64,000 nt of DNA from Candidatus Babeliales bacterium (GTDB lineage: Bacteria; Babelota; Babeliae; Babelales; JANWKD01): assembly GCA_963701665.1 (NCBI GenBank), contig OY969622.1:640001-704000 (forward strand). The letters run 5' to 3'. The notes under the pieces were generated by a model, which worked only from the letters and a program-made list of their open reading frames with translations, searched no databases and was not told the DNA's origin. The stretch's first letter is position 1. Every line of letters begins with the position of its first letter. Below are positions 27,683-38,025 of the stretch, piece after piece. The position numbers were made by a program, and so were the translations under genes.

Positions 27683-28214
27683 CAGCCGAACCATCTTCAG
27701 CCATTAGGCTATCTTCTTCGTTCGGTTTGTCATCGCTTTGGCTTGTTTCTTGTTCATCATCAAAATCTTGTGGTGGGGCAACAGTTATAATCTGTTGTAT
27801 GATAGTGCATGATTGTATGACATCATCTTCAAAATTTTCACATCGATCAGTACACCATTCTGTTTTCTCATGAACTATATGAGTATTCATAAGGTATTGA
27901 TGACATACCCTGAATATTACCGGCCAGCCAAGAAAAGTACTGAGCAGAAAGCCGCTATTTAAAATATCGCAGGTAGGATGTTTTTTAGCCAAAAGATTAT
28001 AGGTCATGCAGATCATGGTACTCATCAAAGCCGAACATATAAAAGGATTTGAGAAACCAACGTGTGCAAGTGCAGCTGCCGATGGATTTTGCTCTTCAAA
28101 TGATACGTCAGGCATTTTTGGATTGGGATCACCATCGTGAGCAGTTGTGTAAACGGGGGCAAAAAATACCAGAGAACACATCAGTACGAGACTTTTTCTT
28201 ATGAAATTGATCAT
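27672..28214 (-). CDS. Hypothetical membrane protein
   Basis: Signal peptide, two hydrophobic segments, acidic tail. Confidence 0.65.
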   Translation of the reverse strand: MINFIRKSLVLMCSLVFFAPVYTTAHDGDPNPKMPDVSFEEQNPSAAALAHVGFSNPFICSALMSTMICMTYNLLAKKHPTCDILNSGFLLSTFLGWPVIFRVCHQYLMNTHIVHEKTEWCTDRCENFEDDVIQSCTIIQQIITVAPPQDFDDEQETSQSDDKPNEEDSLMAEDGSAVNN

Positions 28215-28431
28215 AATATGCTTCCTTATTTTGTAAACGCAGTAACAACTTCTATGTCTAGTAGTATTGTTTTCCTTCATTGTTTTGTCAAACAGATCTG
28301 ATATTTTCCTCGAATTAGCTTAAGATAAACAAAAAATAATTAAAAAATTCAATTCGTTGACTAATTGAATTAAAAGCTGTTACCTTATCTTTGAATACTT
28401 GCTTGAAAAAAATAGTTATGAGGGGGAAGAA

Positions 28432-29559
28432 ATGATCTATTTTTTAATTATTTTACTACTGCCCACAATGCTTTTTGGCACACAGCAGCAGAATGAAATG
28501 ACTAAAGTGTTTTATCACCAAAGTCCGATGAGCGATAAGTTAGTCTGTTATTTTACCCAAGATCCGGTATGTAACCGAGTGCCTTCAAAATCAAAAGAGG
28601 GTTCAGAGGTAAAGGCTACCATGCAATTTTTTATGCCCATGACGGCAGAAACAACTGAAGCAAAGACGATGATAAAAAAAATACAGGCTCAAAAAAAGCC
28701 TCATTATTCAATCACCTTTAATGAAGTGAACAAACCAATTAATGGTGTTGCTTTAACGATTCACTATAATCCGCAAAAGATTGTCTGCAATTATGAATCA
28801 TTTGATGCGATTAATACCCATAAAGGTCTTATATTTTCCTTTCACAACAAAGAGGCATTACAAACATTAAAGTTAAAAACAGACGGTTTATTGCAATACG
28901 CTTGTGTACCTTCATCAAAAAAGCACCGTATAATTCTTGATTGCGGGCATGGAGGTTTAGATACTGGTAAAGTGAGCTGTTTTGGTAATGTAAAAGAAAA
29001 AGATGTTACCTTAGCAGTTGGTCAAAAAGTAGGCAAAATTTTACGACAAAAAGGATACGAAGTTTTAGCGACACGCACTAAGGATGACTTTGTTCCTCTT
29101 GATGAACGTACTAATTTTGCTAACAAAAAAAAAGCTGATGTTTTTATTTCTATTCATGCGAATTCTGCCGTCAGGTCTGATATTCAAGGCATCGAAACCT
29201 ATTGGATGAATTATGATTTATTTAAATCATGTATGAGTTTAACGGATACATGTATTGCTGAAACATTAAAGGCATTGAAACATCACCATAGCGTTGCAAG
29301 CCAATCGCTTGCCAAATGCATTCATGAACATGCCCTGAAAGAAACACAAAAGGAGCACGCTGTTATTGATAGAAAAGTACGACAGTCAGTTGCGCAAGTC
29401 TTACTAGGCACTACAATACCCGCGGTGATTATTGAAATGGGCTATCTATCAAATCCATACGAAACAAAACTATTAACAAATCACAACTATCAGCATAAGA
29501 TCGCGCAAGGCATAGCTGCGGGTATAATTGCGTTTTTAAATGTGCGCAATCAAGCTTAA
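28432..29559 (+). CDS. N-acetylmuramoyl-L-alanine amidase (Amidase_3)
   Basis: LDCGHGG, EKD, FISIHANS and IEMGYLSN motifs. Confidence 0.92.
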   Translation: MIYFLIILLLPTMLFGTQQQNEMTKVFYHQSPMSDKLVCYFTQDPVCNRVPSKSKEGSEVKATMQFFMPMTAETTEAKTMIKKIQAQKKPHYSITFNEVNKPINGVALTIHYNPQKIVCNYESFDAINTHKGLIFSFHNKEALQTLKLKTDGLLQYACVPSSKKHRIILDCGHGGLDTGKVSCFGNVKEKDVTLAVGQKVGKILRQKGYEVLATRTKDDFVPLDERTNFANKKKADVFISIHANSAVRSDIQGIETYWMNYDLFKSCMSLTDTCIAETLKALKHHHSVASQSLAKCIHEHALKETQKEHAVIDRKVRQSVAQVLLGTTIPAVIIEMGYLSNPYETKLLTNHNYQHKIAQGIAAGIIAFLNVRNQA

Positions 29560-29687
29560 AAAAAAACAATTTTTTCAAAATTCTAGACTTCCGCTCTCAA
29601 GAGTGATCTGCTAAAGTAGTAAGAATAAAAATTAAAAAAGTCCGCTATCTTACATGCCTAAATTAAAAAAAGTGTAATACGATACCA

Positions 29688-31097
29688 GTGATAAAAACTA
29701 TTTGGGAAGAATTTTTAAAAATTGTCGCTCAAGAAGCTGGAAGCCATGTGGTACAAACCTGGCTTAATGCTGTTACGCTTACCGATTGGGATGCTCATGA
29801 GAAAATGGTATATATACGAGCGCCTAATATTTTTGTTAAAGAATGGATAAAAAGTCATTATTTATCTTTATTTCAATTGCATCTTCGCCGTTTACTCAAT
29901 GTTGATACCATTAAAATTGTTTTTCTTGATAATGATTTTGCTTTGCAACCTGTTGTTACGCATCTTGCTGAATCGGCCACGCATGGTTCAACAATTATTC
30001 CTGCAATTGCACTTCCTGAATCAGCGATTGAAAAAGGGAATAATCTTATAGTCAAGAAAAATAATGGCTCTAAGTACCGCAATTCGATAAATAAAAATTA
30101 CCAATTCAACACGTTCGTTGTTGGTCCAAGCAATCAATTAGCCTATGCTGCAGCTCACGCGGTGACTGAAAAGTTAGGAAAACTGTATAATCCTTTGTTT
30201 ATTTACGGTGACTCTGGTCTAGGCAAAACCCATTTGCTGCATGCAATTGGCAATAGCATTAAAAATAATAATAAGCGTTTAGAAACGATGTATCAGACGG
30301 CGGATCATTTTGTGAATGAATTTATAAATGCTATTCGGTTTGATAAAGTGCATCAGTTCAAAGAAAAATATAAAGAAATAGATGTACTTCTCATTGATGA
30401 TGTACAATTTATTTCAAACAAAGAACAAACCCAGGAAGCATTTTTCCATATTTTTAATATGCTCTACGAATCGCACAAGCAAATTGTGTTTTCAAGTGAC
30501 TCGGATCCGGCAGGCATTAACGGATTGGCTGAGCGGTTACGTTCACGTTTTGAATGGGGTCTCGTGACTGACATTCAAATTCCGACCACGGAAACGAAAA
30601 TGGCCATTCTAAAACGAAAAGCTGAATTGAGTAATCAAAAAATTGGTGATGATGTTATCGAGTTTGTTGCTTCACGCGTTGTTTCCAATATTCGTGAACT
30701 CGAGGGAGCTCTTATTCGTATAACCGCGTTCGCTGCATTTACTGAGCAACAGATAACGCTCGACTTGGCCAAAAAGATCCTCAACAATGGACGCGCGTCA
30801 AAACCGCACGCGCTTGATTTTACGGCGATCGTCAAGGTACTTCAAAAAGAATATGCTTACACCCTCGCGCAATTACGCTCGCAAAGTCGTGATAAAGAAC
30901 TATCCTTTGTACGCCAATTGGCAATGTATTTAATGAAGAAGCATACCGATAAATCTTTGCATGAAGTAGGGCACTTTTTGGGGCGCAAAGATCACACGAC
31001 TGTAATCCATGCTGTGCAAAAAATTGAAAAATGGTTGGAAAAAGATGTATCCTTAGCTCATAAGATGGAGGAGATTGAAAAAAATCTAGGTGGGTAA
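29688..31097 (+). CDS. dnaA: Chromosomal replication initiator DnaA
   Basis: YNPLFIYGDSGLGKTHL, LLIDDVQF, RLRSRFEWG and DHTTV motifs. Confidence 0.98.
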   Translation: MIKTIWEEFLKIVAQEAGSHVVQTWLNAVTLTDWDAHEKMVYIRAPNIFVKEWIKSHYLSLFQLHLRRLLNVDTIKIVFLDNDFALQPVVTHLAESATHGSTIIPAIALPESAIEKGNNLIVKKNNGSKYRNSINKNYQFNTFVVGPSNQLAYAAAHAVTEKLGKLYNPLFIYGDSGLGKTHLLHAIGNSIKNNNKRLETMYQTADHFVNEFINAIRFDKVHQFKEKYKEIDVLLIDDVQFISNKEQTQEAFFHIFNMLYESHKQIVFSSDSDPAGINGLAERLRSRFEWGLVTDIQIPTTETKMAILKRKAELSNQKIGDDVIEFVASRVVSNIRELEGALIRITAFAAFTEQQITLDLAKKILNNGRASKPHALDFTAIVKVLQKEYAYTLAQLRSQSRDKELSFVRQLAMYLMKKHTDKSLHEVGHFLGRKDHTTVIHAVQKIEKWLEKDVSLAHKMEEIEKNLGG

Positions 31098-31115
31098 TCG
31101 TGAAAGGGATAATTA

Positions 31116-31610
31116 ATGAAACACTATTTTTTACTAGTCACTGCGTTCTTAGCGCTTTCTTTTTGGTATCAAGCACACGCTACTACATTATCATTTTTGG
31201 CGCCTGATTATTTTATGACTATGGTGCCGCGAGAAGATCAAGAAGCTTTTAAACATTTTTACAAAAATTTTATGGGCAGTCTTAAAACAATGAAGCCAAC
31301 ACAAAAAGCAAAAGCTTTAGAAGAAGTACGTGAATTTGCGTGTAATAATTTGGCAGTTAAGCATCCATTGTGGGCCCAAGAATTAAAGCCCTTCAACTAT
31401 TTTGAGCGCAGCAATAAAAAAATGTTGAATTCAGAACAGTGTGTACAAGTTCGTTCATTTTTAACACGCTATGGCGTTTATGAAACATACCTCAAAGATA
31501 AAGCGCAACTGCACGCAAGTCTTTGGGCCAAGGTTAAATCATATACCAAAAACATTAAGAACCAACTTGCTCATATTACCAATTCCATCAAAAGAACATT
31601 CTGGGCATAA
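31116..31610 (+). CDS. Hypothetical exported protein
   Basis: Signal peptide ending AHA; directly after dnaA. Confidence 0.7.
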   Translation: MKHYFLLVTAFLALSFWYQAHATTLSFLAPDYFMTMVPREDQEAFKHFYKNFMGSLKTMKPTQKAKALEEVREFACNNLAVKHPLWAQELKPFNYFERSNKKMLNSEQCVQVRSFLTRYGVYETYLKDKAQLHASLWAKVKSYTKNIKNQLAHITNSIKRTFWA

Positions 31611-31622
31611 GACGAGCAGAAT

Positions 31623-33923
31623 TTAAGTTGTGGGCGTAAGTAACGCTAAAACTTCTTGCGCCCTCTCAAGTGAGCCTTTTTTGGCTTGCAGTGTGAGGTT
31701 ATTTTCTTCGCACGCAATAGCTTTGTGAATTTCATCGTAGACTTCTTGTGCTCTAAGTGTATCATTGTTTTCATATGAAATACCGAGATTGAGCAATGTT
31801 TTAATAGTCTGAGGGCTACTATGCTCTATAGCTGTTGATAGTAATGTTTTATTCTCTTGATTTGGTATATTGAATGAAAACCCTTTTTTGCTTAATAACT
31901 TAATAGTCTTGCAGAGTGCTTTTGTTCTAGCAAGAGCCTTTTGTTGCATCGCTCCGTAGCGTACGAGCATGTCGCCAGATGTGCACCAATTATTATTATT
32001 TAACCAAGTTTCCATTGCTACTGTTTGTTGTATGATGAGACGTTGCATAATACCAATAACTTTTTGTGGATTCAGTGTGGCACCTCTTTCTAATAAGTAT
32101 TTTGCATCTCGAATATACTGCCATTCTAGCGCAATTTGAAGTGCATTTTTTCCTTTATTATTTTCTGCATTAATATCAACACCTGGTTGTTGTAACAGGA
32201 GATCTATTTTTTCTTTACAATCTTGCGCGTCAGATGATTTTACAAGAACTAACAATGGTGTTTTCCCTGCGCTTGTTTTATCGTTCATGAGGCTTTCTAT
32301 GCTAGTTGGGCATGTGCGTTGTATAAAACTAAGAAGATATTGTAAATTTTCAAAAGACCCTAAGACTGCATAATGTAAACCAGTACGGTTATTGTTATCT
32401 TTTAAAGTTACATCGGCTCCTGAATTTAAAAGAAATTCTACGCCCTCATGAAATTCTTCTCGCAAACAAAGCATTAATGGTGTTTCGCCCAGATCATTCT
32501 GATAATTAATGTTATTCTTTCCGCTATCTTTATTGGTTGACGTGACTATTTTTTTGAAAATTGGAAAATTTTTCTCCTGCATTGCAACAGTTAACCCATC
32601 GTTACCCTCCTCATTTCGTTGGAAGATATCTAGATCATCTATTTCAAGAAGATCTAATGCGAATTCTGGAAATCGTATTATTGCTTTGATTAGGAAGCTA
32701 TTTTCATACTTATCAAGAGCGTTGATATCTAATTCTTCCTGCGATAACAAAAGCGAACAAAGTTGAAGATTTTTCTGATTGATTGCTGCGAATAATGCTT
32801 CTTCAAGATCTTTGCGATAATAGATACGATCTATCATAGGATCCATTTCTACGTCTTCATCAGTTTCACCTCTACGATAATCTAATAAAAAGCGAACTGC
32901 ACCAATATTATTGTGTTCAGCGGCTGTTTCCATAAACTCTCGGGGATTTTCATCTAAGTACTCGATCATTTCTTGGGTAAATACATCTCTGAGTAGGTTG
33001 TTAAAACCAAATTTAATACAATAATCAATAACAAGAGGTTTTCCTTTTTTATCGGCCAATTTTGTTGTAGCGCCTGCTTTAATCAAAGCCTGAGCACATT
33101 CTGGCCTATTTTCTTTGAGATGGTATAAGAGCGCAGTGTCGCCCCAAATATCTTGATGATCTATGGGATAATTTTCGCTGACTAATTGATTTATTTCATC
33201 CGGTGTTTGGGCATAAAACAATGCTGTTCTTTGGGTAAGATGCCATGGCTGTAGAGTACCTTGCACATAGGCACTCGATTGATATTTTTTGAGGATTTTT
33301 AAAAGATCTATAATTTTGTTTATGAGATTTTGATAACCATTTGTTTCTAAATTTTCCCATAGCAATAACTTTTCGCATTCTTCTTTATCAGATGCATGCA
33401 TAACTTTCGCATTACGCTCAACGATTCTCTTAATTTTTTCTCTATGCAACGGAGTGAGCGAACGTAAACAATAATAAGCAAAGTCTTTTTCTGAGGTTTG
33501 CGTCTTTGCAACACCAAGGGCAGCTAATGTATCGAGTGCAGCATCACAGTTACCTTCTTCAATAAAATATTGCATAGGGCATATCTTTAATGTATCCCAA
33601 ACACCTATTTCAGCGCCGTAACGAATAAGTGGAGCAATGGCATTAGGAATGTTACTGGTAAAATAAATAGGCCTTCTTCCACGTTTATCAATCGGTTTAT
33701 TAATGTACTCATCAATCAATTCTCTTGGTGTTGCTTCAAAGCAAGCATCAATATTTGGTTGTTGGGGTAGAAGCTTGAACGCTACTTGCGCGGCTCTATC
33801 ACGTAGTGATTTTGGCTGGTAAATTTCTTGCGCTTTTTTATCTACATGCTTTGTATCTTTCATGCCATGTAGAGTATGCAAAAAGAGAACGGTACTAAGT
33901 GATAAAAATACCTTAAATTTCAT
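31623..33923 (-). CDS. Ankyrin-repeat protein with signal peptide
   Basis: Repeated G.TPL/TAL...LL..GAD motifs. Confidence 0.9.
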   Translation of the reverse strand: MKFKVFLSLSTVLFLHTLHGMKDTKHVDKKAQEIYQPKSLRDRAAQVAFKLLPQQPNIDACFEATPRELIDEYINKPIDKRGRRPIYFTSNIPNAIAPLIRYGAEIGVWDTLKICPMQYFIEEGNCDAALDTLAALGVAKTQTSEKDFAYYCLRSLTPLHREKIKRIVERNAKVMHASDKEECEKLLLWENLETNGYQNLINKIIDLLKILKKYQSSAYVQGTLQPWHLTQRTALFYAQTPDEINQLVSENYPIDHQDIWGDTALLYHLKENRPECAQALIKAGATTKLADKKGKPLVIDYCIKFGFNNLLRDVFTQEMIEYLDENPREFMETAAEHNNIGAVRFLLDYRRGETDEDVEMDPMIDRIYYRKDLEEALFAAINQKNLQLCSLLLSQEELDINALDKYENSFLIKAIIRFPEFALDLLEIDDLDIFQRNEEGNDGLTVAMQEKNFPIFKKIVTSTNKDSGKNNINYQNDLGETPLMLCLREEFHEGVEFLLNSGADVTLKDNNNRTGLHYAVLGSFENLQYLLSFIQRTCPTSIESLMNDKTSAGKTPLLVLVKSSDAQDCKEKIDLLLQQPGVDINAENNKGKNALQIALEWQYIRDAKYLLERGATLNPQKVIGIMQRLIIQQTVAMETWLNNNNWCTSGDMLVRYGAMQQKALARTKALCKTIKLLSKKGFSFNIPNQENKTLLSTAIEHSSPQTIKTLLNLGISYENNDTLRAQEVYDEIHKAIACEENNLTLQAKKGSLERAQEVLALLTPTT

Positions 33924-34062
33924 GTCTACCTACTCCCTAAAAATTCAATTTGAAATCTATATAATATAGTATTATTTTAATATATTGGGCAAAAATGTCA
34001 AATTGAAACAATTGGGGTAGGGAGGAGTATTGAACCTGAAAACAGGTTAAGATAAGGGTAGA

Positions 34063-35214
34063 TTACCAGCCGTTATAGGCCTGGTATTGGGCTTGGCGGC
34101 GATCAAATTTATTGCGGAACATCAAGGAGGTAAATGCTTTTTGGGATAAATAGAGATACCAATCAAAATAGCCTGAAAAATAGGTTCGATCCATGCCTAC
34201 AGCAAGGGGGAAACGCTCGAAATCAATAGGCACAATGATATCTTTTTGCCCTTGTTCAAAGCCGAAATTATTGATATGGGAATCAATGTGGTGCTCAAGG
34301 AAATTGCTCAGTGCCATGACAAGGTCTCGTTGTTGAGGGCTTTGTAGCGTAAAAGCCTCTTTCCAAACTATTTCATCACAAATAAGGGCGTACGTGCCGG
34401 GTATAACTGAACGAATATGTTTTTGTGGCCCGATATTATACCCATCTAATTGGATCCAGCGAGGGTTTTTTGGGAGCCAAAACCATTTGCGAGGGAAGTC
34501 AACTTTGGTGTTCCAATAAGGATCTGCCTGAACGAGTGCTTTTATTTCATTAAGATTTTTAATGCGCGTGAATCCTAAAAGGTGTCTGCTGATGCCACCC
34601 GCCATATGAAAAAAACAACTTGGCTCTAGCCCTTTTGCTAAGGGATCAACGAAACTCTCAGGGGTTTCAATAAAAAGCTTTAAGATAAAAGGGTAATCTT
34701 TAAACCGCAATATATAAAGTCCGGTATAATCAGAATTTTCTGTGTTTTGATCTTTGATTATAACAAAATGTTTAAAATTTATTTTTTTCTGGTTTTTAGG
34801 CAAATATTGTAGTTCTATAATGAGCTCTTCTATGAGCATACTCAAGGTTTTACCGAGTACAGATTTGTTTGGTTCATAGCGAAAGCTGATTGCATCATAA
34901 GGGAGCAGATTGTCATAAAAATGTTTTTTATCAAATATCTTAAAAATTACTTCTTCTAAATGAGAATTTTTTAATGTATATAATGCTGTATCATTAACAA
35001 AACGGGCATGCAAAGTTGGCATATGTCTGTCCGCAGGTCTATGTGGACTTCTGATGGCATAGCAAGAAATAGTTAGTAAAAAGAAGAGCGAGCGAAGGAG
35101 TGCCCGCCTATATATTGTTTTTTTTTTCACAAAACTTTTTTTACTCCAATATTGAAGCTCGAAACTATATGGGGGGGACATTGGAAGCCCCTTTCTTTGC
35201 CTTAGTGTACACAA
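34063..35214 (-). CDS. Hypothetical protein, possibly kinase-like
   Basis: Long ORF with D.H.NN and IDFE motifs; start uncertain. Confidence 0.6.
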   Translation of the reverse strand: MCTLRQRKGLPMSPPYSFELQYWSKKSFVKKKTIYRRALLRSLFFLLTISCYAIRSPHRPADRHMPTLHARFVNDTALYTLKNSHLEEVIFKIFDKKHFYDNLLPYDAISFRYEPNKSVLGKTLSMLIEELIIELQYLPKNQKKINFKHFVIIKDQNTENSDYTGLYILRFKDYPFILKLFIETPESFVDPLAKGLEPSCFFHMAGGISRHLLGFTRIKNLNEIKALVQADPYWNTKVDFPRKWFWLPKNPRWIQLDGYNIGPQKHIRSVIPGTYALICDEIVWKEAFTLQSPQQRDLVMALSNFLEHHIDSHINNFGFEQGQKDIIVPIDFERFPLAVGMDRTYFSGYFDWYLYLSQKAFTSLMFRNKFDRRQAQYQAYNGW

Positions 35215-35415
35215 TTTATGCCATAAAAGTAATGAAAGGCAATGGTAATCAATATATTCTAAAGAAATGTTGATTTTATAATGATCAAAAATGTACGGTA
35301 TTTCTTAGGTAAAATTATGCTTAAAAAATTTGTGTTGATCAAGGATCGATCCCATAGTAGCTTGAAGTATGGAAGAGGATAAGTAGTATCACAACCTTAA
35401 AAAAAGGTGAGGCAT

Positions 35416-35946
35416 ATGAAGAACAAAGAGACGCAAAAACATTATGAGCTTCTTCAATTTTTATCAAACATACCGGGTAAGATTGTTGGGTTGCATGGAC
35501 TTGAAAATATAACTGAATTCGTGTTGCATGATTTATCAAGCAAGGATTGTTTTAATTTTATGAAAGTTGGGTATTTTGTTGATAATCCCGATTTTAATTG
35601 TTTCAAAGGCGTTACCGGGTATCATAGTAATCAACAATTTTCTCCCCATAATGTCATTTGGGATGATCCAGATATTTTTACTTCTCATATGCAAAAAGTT
35701 GATTTTAATAAACAAGTGAGAAATCTACAAACAAGTAGCCCGAAAAAATCATCAGTATGCGAAAAATCATTTGTCGATGAAGTAGCTGAGGAGTTAAATT
35801 TTGACAATCCCTCATATTATTGTTGGCGTATGAGGCATAATAATCACGGGTTAGTTATTTTCGAACATGTAAATGGTCATGATCATTGGGATGAACGTGA
35901 TCTGGCACAAGCCATGCATCTTTTGAGTTTGTGCCCAATTTTTTAA
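35416..35946 (+). CDS. Hypothetical protein (possible GAF-like fold)
   Basis: GAGG RBS; 176-aa ORF. Confidence 0.65.
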   Translation: MKNKETQKHYELLQFLSNIPGKIVGLHGLENITEFVLHDLSSKDCFNFMKVGYFVDNPDFNCFKGVTGYHSNQQFSPHNVIWDDPDIFTSHMQKVDFNKQVRNLQTSSPKKSSVCEKSFVDEVAEELNFDNPSYYCWRMRHNNHGLVIFEHVNGHDHWDERDLAQAMHLLSLCPIF

Positions 35947-35954
35947 CTATTTCA

Positions 35955-37130
35955 TCACCCATAAAGAGCGACTAAGCCAGGTAACGGTTCATGTGCCAAA
36001 TAAGCGAGTGTTGATCCGCCACCTGTTGAAAGAAAATTCATATCATCTTGAAGCTTGCACTGCTTTACTGCAAGTACTGAATCTCCTCCTCCAACTACCT
36101 TATATGTGCTTGATTGCGCAATAAGTCTTAGCAATTCATAAGTTTGTTGTTGTGTTTCTTTATTATCGGCAAATCCCATCGCAGCATTAAAAAAAATTGT
36201 TTTAGCATTCTTAATAAAGTGTGCAAAATGTTCAACCGTTTTTGGCCCAATAGAAACTCCCATTCCTGTTGGCGGCATATCATGTGCAGATACGGTTATT
36301 AATTTTTTTCTGTCGTTGTTGAGAAAAATTCGATAATCATCCGGAAAAACTATTTCAGTATTTTTTTCAGTAGCTTCTTTGAGAATATTTAATGATGATG
36401 CGAGTGCGTCGTTATCAACAAGCGAAGTTCCTACGGCGTACGCTTGCGCTTTGAGGAATGTAAAAACGAGTGCAGGGCATAATAATATCGTATTAACAAT
36501 GCCAAGAAGATTTTTGATCATGGGTAATTTTGTGCTTACTTTGCCGCCACCCAGCATTATTAAAAAAGGATGGTTGGGATGCAGGAGCTTTTCGAGCGCA
36601 TTCAACTCCCGCTCAACAAGAAGGCCAATCGTGCGATGCTCGGCATTAAAAAATTGAGGCACTAACGTGAGTGAGCTATCAGCACGGTGTAAGGTGCCAA
36701 ACGCGTCGTTAACATAAAATTGCGCAAGAGATGCTAACGTTGCTGCGAATTTTTTATCATGCGTTTGTTCGCCGGGAAAAAAACGCAAATTTTCAAGCAA
36801 AATAAGTGGTGCATCTGATCGTGCTGCATCATCTAGAGTTGTGCAAAAAGTAACTGCATACCCTTTTTTTTCAAACCACGGCATTAAAATTTTTGTTGAT
36901 AATGATGCGTCAACGATGCCTTGCGGTCGGCCAAGATGTGTTGCAATGATGACTTTCGCGCCCTTTTGTATAAGAAGATTTAATGTAGGCTGTACCGCTG
37001 TCAAACGGAAATCATCCAAAATTGTGCCGTTTGACAGTGGTACATTCAAATCTGCGCGCAAGAATACTGTTTTTTGCTTAAGATTCCAATTTGGCAATAA
37101 TGAGGTATATTTTTTTTTCATGCTTTGCAT
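35955..37130 (-). CDS. pgk: Phosphoglycerate kinase
   Basis: RADLNVP, HLGRP, LLENLRF, NDAFG, GGGDS and STGGG motifs. Confidence 0.97.
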   Translation of the reverse strand: MQSMKKKYTSLLPNWNLKQKTVFLRADLNVPLSNGTILDDFRLTAVQPTLNLLIQKGAKVIIATHLGRPQGIVDASLSTKILMPWFEKKGYAVTFCTTLDDAARSDAPLILLENLRFFPGEQTHDKKFAATLASLAQFYVNDAFGTLHRADSSLTLVPQFFNAEHRTIGLLVERELNALEKLLHPNHPFLIMLGGGKVSTKLPMIKNLLGIVNTILLCPALVFTFLKAQAYAVGTSLVDNDALASSLNILKEATEKNTEIVFPDDYRIFLNNDRKKLITVSAHDMPPTGMGVSIGPKTVEHFAHFIKNAKTIFFNAAMGFADNKETQQQTYELLRLIAQSSTYKVVGGGDSVLAVKQCKLQDDMNFLSTGGGSTLAYLAHEPLPGLVALYG

Positions 37131-37429
37131 GTATGCCGTCTCCGAGCGTCATTTTTTATTTATCTTAGTGTTATCTACTACCATACCATGTTTTTATAGA
37201 AATGCTGAATATGTAATAATTTATGAAAATAATTTGAAAAAAAATAAAGAATCTATATCATGACAACCAGTTATTGACATCTTTTGTTTGGATCTATAAT
37301 GAAAGGATTATAATAGTATATACTTTTGGAAATAAATAATTTTCGAAAGCAAAAACTATGGATTTTTTTTTGATAATGTGACTACAGTAAACGTGTATAT
37401 ACACACTTTTAAACAAAGAGGAAGACATT

Positions 37430-37963
37430 ATGATATTACACAATAAATCCTTATATGCATTCTTAGGAATGATGGTTATGAGTCTATCATTGCAAGCCGC
37501 AGGACCTGATGCTGTTAAACCTGATGTACTCAAAGAACTTTTAAAAAGACCTGCAGGTACTAAGCTTACATTTGATAAAAATGGTAATGTGCAAGCTGTT
37601 GACCGAACAAAAATGGACAAAGCTAAAGCTGTTACAAAAACAGGGTTTTATGCAGTTGCAGTAGGCTTGCTAGCTCATGCGGCAGCACACAATGTTGCGC
37701 CACAAGGGTATGAAGAAATGGCATCTATACTTACTGGATTGGTAACAAATCTATACTTAAATCGTGATGTAGTTGATACCGTATTAAAAGATCGTTCTAA
37801 GTTGAAAGATCCTGAAACGTTGGCAACTTTAGCAGCACTTGTTGGCGGTAGTGTTGAAGGCAATTATGTTGGTGACCATATGTATCGTGGTACACAATGG
37901 GTTAAGGCAAAAATGAAACCCAGTAAAGGAAATGGCGGTTCAAGCACAGGCGGTACCATTTAA
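37430..37963 (+). CDS. Hypothetical exported/membrane protein
   Basis: GAGG RBS and signal peptide. Confidence 0.7.
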   Translation: MILHNKSLYAFLGMMVMSLSLQAAGPDAVKPDVLKELLKRPAGTKLTFDKNGNVQAVDRTKMDKAKAVTKTGFYAVAVGLLAHAAAHNVAPQGYEEMASILTGLVTNLYLNRDVVDTVLKDRSKLKDPETLATLAALVGGSVEGNYVGDHMYRGTQWVKAKMKPSKGNGGSSTGGTI

Positions 37964-37990
37964 TCATCTTTAAGTATCTTGAAATAAATA

Positions 37991-38025
37991 AAAGCGCGTG
38001 CATTTTCTAAAAGTGCACGCGCTTT
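37991..38025. terminator. Bidirectional terminator
   Basis: AAAGCGCGTGCA / TGCACGCGCTTT between convergent genes. Confidence 0.75.
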
